From assembly GCA_902782795.1 (NCBI GenBank), contig CACZOT010000018.1, positions 1 through 35,544 on the forward strand: a stretch of DNA of 35,544 nt, given 5' to 3'. Below the pieces are notes generated by a model. It saw only the letters and a program-made list of their open reading frames with translations. It had not been told where the DNA came from and made no database searches. Positions 7,801 through 14,985 of this stretch are shown one piece after another; position 1 is the stretch's first letter; each line of letters begins with the position of its first letter. A program made the position numbers and the translations under genes. This DNA is from an uncultured Eubacteriales bacterium. Its GTDB lineage: Bacteria > Bacillota > Clostridia > Christensenellales > Aristaeellaceae.

Positions 7801-8011
7801 ATGCCTTGGGGAGCTGCGGCGGGGCTCTGCCCCGCGCCCTGCTTAAGGGGCCAAGGACCCTTTAGAATCCCATATTGGGGGATATCTGTAATACATAAAC
7901 AAAGCAGTTCTCTCGAAAAGAAACGGGCTCCAGTACCCTTGCGCAAGGATACCGGAGCCTTTTCCTATACTATTCCCCAACTGAGGGGTCCAGGGGGAAT
8001 CATTCCCCCTG
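7801..8011 (+). repeat. multi-hairpin intergenic repeat, copy B (reads 5'->3' on the plus strand after the sulfatase stop)
   Basis: Aligns by eye with the reverse complement of 1572-1800. It starts ATGCC-TTGGGG-CTGCGGCGGGGCTCTGCCCCGC-CTGCTTAAGGG and ends at the palindrome CAGGGGGAAT-c-ATTCCCCCTG (7991-8011). A related hairpin GCAGGGGC-AGA-GCCCCTGC follows at 8019-8037. Confidence 0.8.
7926..7965. terminator. bidirectional rho-independent terminator between the sulfatase and AraC-regulator genes (inside repeat copy B)
   Basis: GGCTCCAGTACCCTT (7926-7940) pairs with AAGGATACCGGAGCC (7945-7959) with two mismatches. It is followed by TTTTCC on the plus strand and preceded by GAAAAGAAAC, which is the T-run on the minus strand. 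The two flanking genes are convergent. Confidence 0.65.
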
Positions 8012-8076
8012 CCGGGGTGCAGGGGCAGAGCCCCTGCCAGCGGTCCGTGGGAAAGAATCCCCTGGCGCCCTCGGCG

Positions 8077-10389
8077 TCACACTCCGCGCTCGCGGTACTC
8101 CTGGGGCGTAACGCCCTCGGCCTGCTTGAACTTGCGGGAGAAGCTGGCGGCGTCCAGGTACCCGACGGCGAGGGCGATCTCCTTGACGCGCTGATCGCTT
8201 TCGGCGAGGAGCTTCTTGGCATAGAGGATGCGCAAGCTGGAAACGTACTGGAGAAAGCTCATGCCGGTGGCCTTGCGGACGGCGGAAGTCACGCTGCGGG
8301 CGGAGAGGCCGAAGGTATCGGCGACGTGTTCCAGGGACATATCCGGGTCGGTGAAGCGCTCGCGGATGTACGTGAGGATGCGCTTCTCCCGCGCGGTCTC
8401 CTTCTGCTGGCGCGGGGCGTAGGCGGTGACGGCGTCGGCGAGGGCGGAGCGCATGATGTTGCAATACTGGTCCAGCGGCGTGCCGGAAAAGCTGTGCAGA
8501 GGGCTGTCCGCACCGATGCCGGGCAGGTTCATCTCCTCCAGGAGCTCGGAAAACATGCCGTGGAGGAAGAGCCGCCAGGTCAGGGCCAGGGTAGGGTTGG
8601 AGGAATACTCCCGTGCGGCTACGCACATGCCGTCGAAGATGGCGATGGCGTCGGCGCGGCGGCCGTCCAGCGCGGCCTCGATGAGCTGGGCGCGCTCCTG
8701 CACGGGGATGAGCGCGCTGGCGATCTCCCGCTGCATGCGCGCGCCGTAGAGGATGACCTGTTGCGCGTCGTCCTCGCGCAGGGCGACCGCGGCCTCGATC
8801 ATGGAATTGCCCAGGTCCGAGAGGTTCGCGGAAATGCTGCCCACGCCCGCGCGCAGGCCCGGCGCTCCCGCCTCCTGCGCCTGTCGGAGGATCTCCCCGG
8901 CGACGCGGCGCACCCTCGCCTCCTGCTCCTCCGGCGGCGGCACCATCATGTTGACGACCAGCGCGTATTCCTCCTCCGGCGCCATCTCCAGCGGATAGAG
9001 CGCGCACTTTTCGAGGCGGATCTCGTCCAGCGCCGCGCGCACCGCCGCGCCGGGCGCTCCTCCTGCGTTTTCACAGACCACGACGAAATACCCGTCGTGC
9101 GGAAAGGAGATGCCCGCGCCCGCGAGCACGGAGCGCAGAGAGGCCGTGTGGCTGTAGCCGTTCATGAGCAATTCCACCAGCACCGGCCCGCGGATGAGGC
9201 TCTGCATGCGCTGGGCGTCGTCGCGCAAGAAGGCGTTCTGGTCGGAAAGGCGCGCGTACTGGCTGCGGATGCCGGCGAAGATATCGTCGTCTCGGGCGTC
9301 GATATCGGAGGCGAGCTCGCGCAAGGGCCGGAAGAAGGCCCGCCCCACCAGCACCGCCGCCGTCACGACCACAAGAAACAGCGCCGCGCACACGCCCAAA
9401 TACCGCGCCACCGCGGCGTTCAGCCCGGCGTACAGCGCGCTCTCCGGAATGGCGGCGAGGTAGTAATACCCGTTGGTCTGAGAGATCAGGCGCAGGAAAA
9501 GATAGCCCTCGCCCTCCACACGGGCGGAGAGCATGCCCGTGCCGCGCGCGGAGAGGAGCCTCTCGCGCAATCCCGAGGAGGCGGCGGTATGGTCGCTGAC
9601 GTAGATCTGGCGCATCATGGAATCCAGGATGCAGTAAAAGCCGGGCGTCTCGCCCATGCAATCGGCGAAGAGATCCGCGAAGGCCGCGCCGTCCATGAAG
9701 AAGGCCAGGCAGCCCATCTGCTTTTCCGCCAGCTCCGGCGCGGGGTAGATATAGACGAAGGTATCGCTCGTCTCCTGGGTCTGCCAACTGCGGCGCATCT
9801 GCAGGAACATGGGGCTCTTGGCGCCGTTCATATTGGTATAGAAGGCGCTCATGTTCAGATCCACCGTCTGCCGCTGGCGCAGGAATTCCCCGTAGGGCAC
9901 CACGCCAGACGAGGTGACGATCTCGCTCCCGCAGCGCAGCATGAAGACGATCTCCCCGGCGGAGGGATAGTTCTCCTCGTAGGTGCGCAGCTGGCCGGAG
10001 ATGCGGTCCTCGCCCGTTTCGGCGAAGGCCTCGATCATATCGGCGTTCTGGGAAAAGTGCAGCCCGACGGACTCCACGCGGCTGAAAAGGAGATCCGCCT
10101 GGGAACGCACGTATCCCAGGCTCTCCAGGGCCCTCTGGCGCACGTCCGCGCGGCCGCTGAGTGCGTAGCGGGAGAGCAGCAGCGCCACGCACACCAGCAT
10201 CGGCAGCGCCGCCGTGAAGATATAGCTGAGCAGATGCCTCTTTTCCGTGCGGCTCAGGCGCAACTTCCCCTCCCCCTTTTCTTTGGCGGTCTGACTTTCA
10301 GTATACGGCGGGAAGGGCGGCTTGTCAATCCAGAGGGATGAGCGATCTGTTTTTACCGCCGGTTTCATCTGATTGTGCACCTTTTCCAT
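8077..10389 (-). CDS. membrane-anchored one-component AraC-family transcriptional regulator (two TM segments, extracytoplasmic sensor domain, C-terminal HTH)
   Basis: 770-aa ORF. Hydrophobic segments lie at about residues 52-75 and 327-353, flanking a ~250-aa domain. The C-terminus ILTYIRERFTDPDMSLEHVADTFGLSARSV...ILYAKKLLAESDQRVKEIALAVGYLDAASFSRKFKQAEGVTPQEYR is an AraC/XylS double HTH. The start is ATG 10389, or ATG 10368 which has a GAAAAGGTG RBS. Confidence 0.8.
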   Translation of the reverse strand: MEKVHNQMKPAVKTDRSSLWIDKPPFPPYTESQTAKEKGEGKLRLSRTEKRHLLSYIFTAALPMLVCVALLLSRYALSGRADVRQRALESLGYVRSQADLLFSRVESVGLHFSQNADMIEAFAETGEDRISGQLRTYEENYPSAGEIVFMLRCGSEIVTSSGVVPYGEFLRQRQTVDLNMSAFYTNMNGAKSPMFLQMRRSWQTQETSDTFVYIYPAPELAEKQMGCLAFFMDGAAFADLFADCMGETPGFYCILDSMMRQIYVSDHTAASSGLRERLLSARGTGMLSARVEGEGYLFLRLISQTNGYYYLAAIPESALYAGLNAAVARYLGVCAALFLVVVTAAVLVGRAFFRPLRELASDIDARDDDIFAGIRSQYARLSDQNAFLRDDAQRMQSLIRGPVLVELLMNGYSHTASLRSVLAGAGISFPHDGYFVVVCENAGGAPGAAVRAALDEIRLEKCALYPLEMAPEEEYALVVNMMVPPPEEQEARVRRVAGEILRQAQEAGAPGLRAGVGSISANLSDLGNSMIEAAVALREDDAQQVILYGARMQREIASALIPVQERAQLIEAALDGRRADAIAIFDGMCVAAREYSSNPTLALTWRLFLHGMFSELLEEMNLPGIGADSPLHSFSGTPLDQYCNIMRSALADAVTAYAPRQQKETAREKRILTYIRERFTDPDMSLEHVADTFGLSARSVTSAVRKATGMSFLQYVSSLRILYAKKLLAESDQRVKEIALAVGYLDAASFSRKFKQAEGVTPQEYRERGV

Positions 10390-10555
10390 ATCGATTTGGA
10401 GTCTTTTCCCAATTTTGGGAGATTTGTTAGGAATTGCATCTCTTTTTTCCGGTTTGACATATTGCTTTTCCCCTCCGGAAGGGCTATCTTGAAAGCGGTG
10501 AGGAGAGGTCTCTCTCCGCGCCGGGATCCATCATCACTAGAAGGAGGATCATCCC

Positions 10556-12115
10556 ATGAAACGCAAGCTTCTCGTGTTCCTGCTCGTTTTGACGATGCTC
10601 GTCAGCGCGAGCTCCGCGCTCGCGGCCGCTTCGATCGACTACCCCGTCGAGAACGGCCACACGCTCTCGATCTGGGCGCCGCTCAACAGCGCCGCGGCGA
10701 AGAAGATCACCTCGTACAACGAGAACGAATCCTTCATCTTCGCCCAGGAGTACACCGGCATCTCCCTGGAATTCGTGCATCCGGCCATCGGCCAGGAGAC
10801 CGAATCCTTCAACCTGATGATCGCCTCTGAAGAATACACCGACATGGTCACCGTCTGGAACCCGATGTATCCCGGCGGCAACGTCGCGGCAGTCGAAGAC
10901 GGCGTGTTCATCGACCTGACCGACAAGCTGGACGAGTATTCCCCCGCCTTCGCCGAGATCCTCGCCACCAACACGGAGTACTGGCGCGAGATCTCCACGC
11001 CGGACGGCCGCATCCTCGCCTACACCGGCTACAAGAATTCCACCGATAAGCAGGAGGGCTCCTACAACCGCCTGCAGGTTCGCGCCGACTGGCTCGAGGA
11101 GAGCGGCCTGGGCATTCTGCGCACCATCGCCGATTACGAAGCCTTCTTCCAGTGGATCCTGGATAATAAGGAAGGCGTCATCCCGCTGGCCATCGAGGGC
11201 GACGGCTTCGACGCCACCCTCGCGATCGCCTTCGAGCTCTACGAGGCCAACTACTCCCTGCGCGACGGCGCTCTCTACGCCTCCCGCTACGACCCGGCCC
11301 TCAAGGATTACCTTGAGATGATGCACCGCTGGTACGAGAAGGGCTACCTCTCCAAGGATTTCGTGTCCGTCGACCGCCAGAACGCCTTTGAGACCGGCGC
11401 GGCCGCCATGTTCTCCTACACCAGCGTCGATACCTACACCCGCTGCGCCTCCCTGGGCATCCCGGTCGAGAACCTGCCCTACCTCCGCCAGGAGGAAGGC
11501 CAGCAGCTGCACGGCTTCTACGCCATCTGGCCGAACAACACCGTCTACACCACCATCACCACCAAGTGTGAGTATCCGGAAGAGGCCATGGAGTTCATCG
11601 ACTTCGGCTACACCGAGTTCGGCGCCAACGTCTACAACTTCGGCTATCCGGAGCGCGCCTGGGTCTACGGCGAGGACGGCAAGCCCCAGTACACCGATTA
11701 CATGCTCCACAATCCGGACTACGCCAACATCAACGATTCCACCCACATCCTCAAGCTGCACAGCGGCGGCATCGCCCGCATGAGGTATTCCGACGCCGTC
11801 ACCATCCCGGACAACGTGCTCGATCCGGGCTGCCTGACCTACCGCCTCCAGTGGATGGACGACCCGAACTACGATATCGACTACTGCATCCCGTCCCTGG
11901 TCTACACCACCGAGGACAACGACCGCCACGCCTCCCTGTGGACCGATATCAAGACCTACTCCGACGAGATGATCCTCAAGTTCATCACCGGCGCGGAGTC
12001 CCTCGACAACTTTGACAACTACCTGGCCACCCTCAAGAGCATGGGCATCGAGGAGTGCCTGGAGATCTCCCAGCGCACTTATGACGCCTTCATGCAGAAG
12101 ACTCCCGCCAAGTAA
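10556..12115 (+). CDS. extracellular solute-binding protein of a carbohydrate ABC importer (large LplA-like type)
   Basis: An AAGGAGG RBS lies at 10541-10547. The signal peptide is MKRKLLVFLLVLTMLVSASSALAAAS. The protein is 519 aa, a size and composition typical of LplA/YtcQ-like binding proteins. Two permease genes follow it. Confidence 0.85.
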   Translation: MKRKLLVFLLVLTMLVSASSALAAASIDYPVENGHTLSIWAPLNSAAAKKITSYNENESFIFAQEYTGISLEFVHPAIGQETESFNLMIASEEYTDMVTVWNPMYPGGNVAAVEDGVFIDLTDKLDEYSPAFAEILATNTEYWREISTPDGRILAYTGYKNSTDKQEGSYNRLQVRADWLEESGLGILRTIADYEAFFQWILDNKEGVIPLAIEGDGFDATLAIAFELYEANYSLRDGALYASRYDPALKDYLEMMHRWYEKGYLSKDFVSVDRQNAFETGAAAMFSYTSVDTYTRCASLGIPVENLPYLRQEEGQQLHGFYAIWPNNTVYTTITTKCEYPEEAMEFIDFGYTEFGANVYNFGYPERAWVYGEDGKPQYTDYMLHNPDYANINDSTHILKLHSGGIARMRYSDAVTIPDNVLDPGCLTYRLQWMDDPNYDIDYCIPSLVYTTEDNDRHASLWTDIKTYSDEMILKFITGAESLDNFDNYLATLKSMGIEECLEISQRTYDAFMQKTPAK

Positions 12116-12137
12116 AGCGTTTTCCGGGTATCCCAAG

Positions 12138-12180
12138 CTCCATCGGGCGGCTCCGGCCGCCCGATGGAGACGTATTTTTC
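12138..12180 (+). terminator. stem-loop with T-run between the binding-protein and permease genes (partial terminator or mRNA stabiliser)
   Basis: CTCCATCGGGCGGC (12138-12151), loop TCCG, then GCCGCCCGATGGAG (12156-12169). This is a perfect 14-bp stem, followed by ACGTATTTTT. Confidence 0.6.
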
Positions 12181-12201
12181 CGCATAGCGAGGTGAACCGA
12201 A

Positions 12202-13140
12202 ATGGCGCAGCCGTCCGCGGCCCTGAAAAAGAGCTTCCCCCGGAGACTGGCGCGCAACTACCGGCAAAACCCCTACATCTATTGGATGGCCCTGCCGGTG
12301 GTGCTGTATTATCTCCTGTTCCATTATCTGCCCATGTTCGGGATCGTGATCGCGTTCCAGAACTTCCGCCCGGCGCGCGGCGTTTTCGGCAGCCAGTGGG
12401 TCGGCATGCAGAATTTCCAGGACTTTTTCCGCAGCCCCTTCGCGCCTCGCCTGATCCGCAACACCATCCTCATCAACGTCTATTCCATCCTCTGGGGCTT
12501 CCCCGCCCCGATCCTCCTGGCGCTGATGCTCAACGAGGTGCGCGCCAGCGCCTATAAGCGCGTGATCCAGACCGTCAGCTACATGCCGCACTTCATCTCC
12601 CTTGTGGTCATCTGCGGCATGATCAAGGAGTTTTCCCTGATCAACGGCCTGTTCAACGATGTGCGCGCCTTCTTCGGCCTGGAGCGCGTCGGCATCCTCA
12701 GCGAGGCCAAGATGTTCCGCACGGTGTACATCGCCAGCGGCATCTGGCAGCAGATCGGCTGGGGCTCCATCATCTACCTGGCGACGCTCGCGGGCGCCGA
12801 TCCCAACCTTTACGAGGCGGCCGTCATCGACGGCGCGAACCGCTTCCAGCGCATCATCCATGTGACGCTGCCGGTGCTCGTGCCGCTGATCGTGATGCAG
12901 TTCATCCTGCGCATGGGCCAGATGATGAACGTCGGCTCGGAGAAAATCATCCTTTTGTACACGCCCCTCACCTACGAGACGGGCGACGTCATCTCCTCCT
13001 ACGTCTACCGTCGCGGCCTCCAGGAGACGAAGTACTCTCTGGGCACGGCCATCGGCCTGTTCAACTCTCTCATCAACATGTGCCTGGTGGTGGGGACGAA
13101 CGCCCTCTCCCGCAAGGTGCTGGATGAGAGCCTGTGGTAG
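12202..13140 (+). CDS. carbohydrate ABC transporter permease (LplB-like)
   Basis: A GAGGTG RBS lies 7 nt upstream. The stretch LPMFGIVIAFQNF...WGFPAPILLALMLNEV and the EAA-type loop YEAAVIDGANRFQRIIHVTLP are typical of this family. Confidence 0.9.
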   Translation: MAQPSAALKKSFPRRLARNYRQNPYIYWMALPVVLYYLLFHYLPMFGIVIAFQNFRPARGVFGSQWVGMQNFQDFFRSPFAPRLIRNTILINVYSILWGFPAPILLALMLNEVRASAYKRVIQTVSYMPHFISLVVICGMIKEFSLINGLFNDVRAFFGLERVGILSEAKMFRTVYIASGIWQQIGWGSIIYLATLAGADPNLYEAAVIDGANRFQRIIHVTLPVLVPLIVMQFILRMGQMMNVGSEKIILLYTPLTYETGDVISSYVYRRGLQETKYSLGTAIGLFNSLINMCLVVGTNALSRKVLDESLW

Positions 13141-13155
13141 AGGAGGCGAAACAAG

Positions 13156-14052
13156 ATGGTAGAAAACAAGTCCTTTGGCAGCAGGCTTTTTGATATTATC
13201 AATTATGCGCTCCTGGGCGTGGTCGCCCTGTTATGCCTGTATCCTCTCTGGCACGTGCTCATGGGCTCCTTCTCGGACCCCAAGGGCCTGACGCTTCATA
13301 CCGGCATCATGCTCTGGCCGGAAGGGTTCTCCCTGGCGGGGTACCAGATCGTGCTCTCCAACCCGAACATCCTCTCTGGCTACCTGAACACGCTCTTTTA
13401 CGTGGTGGTCGGCACCTGCGCCCGCATGGTCATGACGATTTTGGGCGCCTACGCCCTTTCGCGCTCGAACTTCCTGCTCAAGCGCGCGATGTCGGTGTTC
13501 GTGGTCGTCACCATGTATTTCGGCGGCGGCCTGATCGCCTCGTTCCTGGTGGTGACGAAGGTCTTCAATATGTACGATTCGCGCGCCGCGATCATCGTGC
13601 CCTCGCTGGTCTCCACCTGGAACATGATCATCCTCAAGACGGCCTTCCAGCGCGTGCCCGCCTCCCTGGAGGAATCCGCCCGGCTGGACGGCGCGAACGA
13701 CCTGGTCCTTCTGATCCGCATCATCCTGCCCGTGACCATGGCGACCCTCGCCGTCATCACCCTGTATTACGCGGTGGCGGAGTGGAACAGCTGGTTCACG
13801 GCCGTGGTCTACCTGCGCAGCCGGGAGAAGTTCCCCCTGCAACTCTTCCTGCGCGAGACGCTGATCTCCTATTCGACCAGTATGTCCGACGAAGTCACCG
13901 GCTCCATGGACGCGCCGGACATGGTGCTCTTCATCGAGGAGCTGGTGCGCTACGCGACCATCATCGTCGCCACCGTGCCGATCCTGTGCATCTACCCCTT
14001 CGCGCAGCGCTACTTCATCACCGGCGTGATGATGGGCTCGCTCAAGGAATAG
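13156..14052 (+). CDS. carbohydrate ABC transporter permease (LplC-like)
   Basis: An AGGAGG RBS lies at 13141-13146. The EAA loop is EESARLDGANDLVLLIRIILPV. The C-terminus FAQRYFITGVMMGSLKE is typical of this family. Confidence 0.9.
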   Translation: MVENKSFGSRLFDIINYALLGVVALLCLYPLWHVLMGSFSDPKGLTLHTGIMLWPEGFSLAGYQIVLSNPNILSGYLNTLFYVVVGTCARMVMTILGAYALSRSNFLLKRAMSVFVVVTMYFGGGLIASFLVVTKVFNMYDSRAAIIVPSLVSTWNMIILKTAFQRVPASLEESARLDGANDLVLLIRIILPVTMATLAVITLYYAVAEWNSWFTAVVYLRSREKFPLQLFLRETLISYSTSMSDEVTGSMDAPDMVLFIEELVRYATIIVATVPILCIYPFAQRYFITGVMMGSLKE

Positions 14053-14091
14053 AGGCCCTATTTTCCCTATTTGGAAAGGAGTGTTCCGCCC

Positions 14092-14922
14092 ATGAAACTG
14101 CTTGGTCGCGAGGTGCCCCTGGGAATGTCTATCGGCGGCCATAAGCCCGAGGATATCAAGGGGTTCGTCGAGAACGGCTTCACCCATTTCGAGCTGGGCA
14201 TCCCCGCCCGCCTGCTCGGCGAGGAAGACCGCCTCGCCTTCCGCGGCCGCGAGGAGGAGCTCGTCGCGCCGCAGACGCCCATGAAGGACGCCATCGAGGC
14301 GGAAGGCCTGCGCGTCTGGAGCGTGCACCTGCCCTTCGGCTTCGGCTGGGATATCGCCCATTACGACGAGAAGGAGCGCGACGCCGCCGTCGCCTCCCTC
14401 AAAAAGGTCATCGACCTGACGAAGGAATGGCATCCGCGCATCTACGTGCTGCACGGCTGCCTGGAGCCCGTCGCGCCGGAGCAGCGGCCTGTGCGCGTCG
14501 CCCGCTCTATCCAGTCCATGCGCGAGCTGGACGCCTACGTACAGCCCTTCGGCGCGCGCATCGCCCTGGAGGACCTGCCCCGCTCCTGCTTGGCCAACTC
14601 CTCCATCGAGACCCGCGCCATGATGCTGGCCGCCGGCGTGCCGATCTGTTTCGACGTGAATCACCTGCTCGGCGACACCCACGCCGCCTTCCTCGAGGCC
14701 CTGGCCACGAACGTCGTCACCACGCACCTGTCCGATTACGACGGCGTGGATGAGCGCCACTGGCTCCCCGGCCAGGGCGTCGTGCCCTGGAAGGAGGTCT
14801 TCTTCGGCCTGCTGGACGCGGGCTATCGCGGCCCCTTCCTCTTCGAGCTGCGCACCGGAGAGAACGGTCCCTACCAGGCCCCGGAGGTGCTCGCCGCCTT
14901 CAAAAAGGCCCTCGGCATCTGA
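14092..14922 (+). CDS. sugar phosphate isomerase/epimerase (xylose-isomerase-like TIM barrel)
   Basis: Track ORF 14071..14922 trimmed to the ATG at 14092, 10 nt after GGAAAGGAG. The blocks GFTHFELG, VWSVHLPF, ALEDLP, FDVNHL and PFLFEL are characteristic of the AP-endonuclease-2/xylose-isomerase-like fold. Confidence 0.75.
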   Translation: MKLLGREVPLGMSIGGHKPEDIKGFVENGFTHFELGIPARLLGEEDRLAFRGREEELVAPQTPMKDAIEAEGLRVWSVHLPFGFGWDIAHYDEKERDAAVASLKKVIDLTKEWHPRIYVLHGCLEPVAPEQRPVRVARSIQSMRELDAYVQPFGARIALEDLPRSCLANSSIETRAMMLAAGVPICFDVNHLLGDTHAAFLEALATNVVTTHLSDYDGVDERHWLPGQGVVPWKEVFFGLLDAGYRGPFLFELRTGENGPYQAPEVLAAFKKALGI

Positions 14923-14934
14923 CGCCGGAACCGC

Positions 14935-14972
14935 AAAAACCGCCCGCCATCCTCGCGATGGCGGGCGGTTTT
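14935..14972. terminator. bidirectional rho-independent terminator between the two convergent sugar loci
   Basis: AAAAA, then CCGCCCGCCATC (14940-14951), loop CTCGC, GATGGCGGGCGG (14957-14968), then TTTT. It sits between the stops at 14922 (+) and 14986 (-). Confidence 0.85.
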
Positions 14973-14985
14973 GCGCAGGCTTTTC

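Noticed and set aside
1572-8011. Composite transposon or IS-flanked island, bounded by the inverted repeat copies A and B.
   Set aside because: Neither the repeats nor the enclosed block has any transposase, integrase or recombinase ORF. I could identify no direct target-site duplication at the outer ends. The inverted orientation is already explained by each copy following an outward-facing gene. It is kept only as a low-priority hypothesis in the findings.
1750-8040. Recurrent GGGGC-AGA/GGA-GCCCC palindromes, considered as a possible CRISPR array or tandem repeat.
   Set aside because: The units are not regularly spaced and are not separated by unique spacers of constant length. They occur as parts of a larger dispersed repeat at three separate intergenic sites. 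No cas genes are present.
10454-10490. A perfect TTGACA hexamer upstream of the first binding-protein gene, considered as a full promoter call.
   Set aside because: The best -10-like hexamer (TATCTT at 10485-10490) lies 25 nt downstream, which is too far for a sigma-A promoter. The hexamer is mentioned in a finding but not annotated as a promoter.
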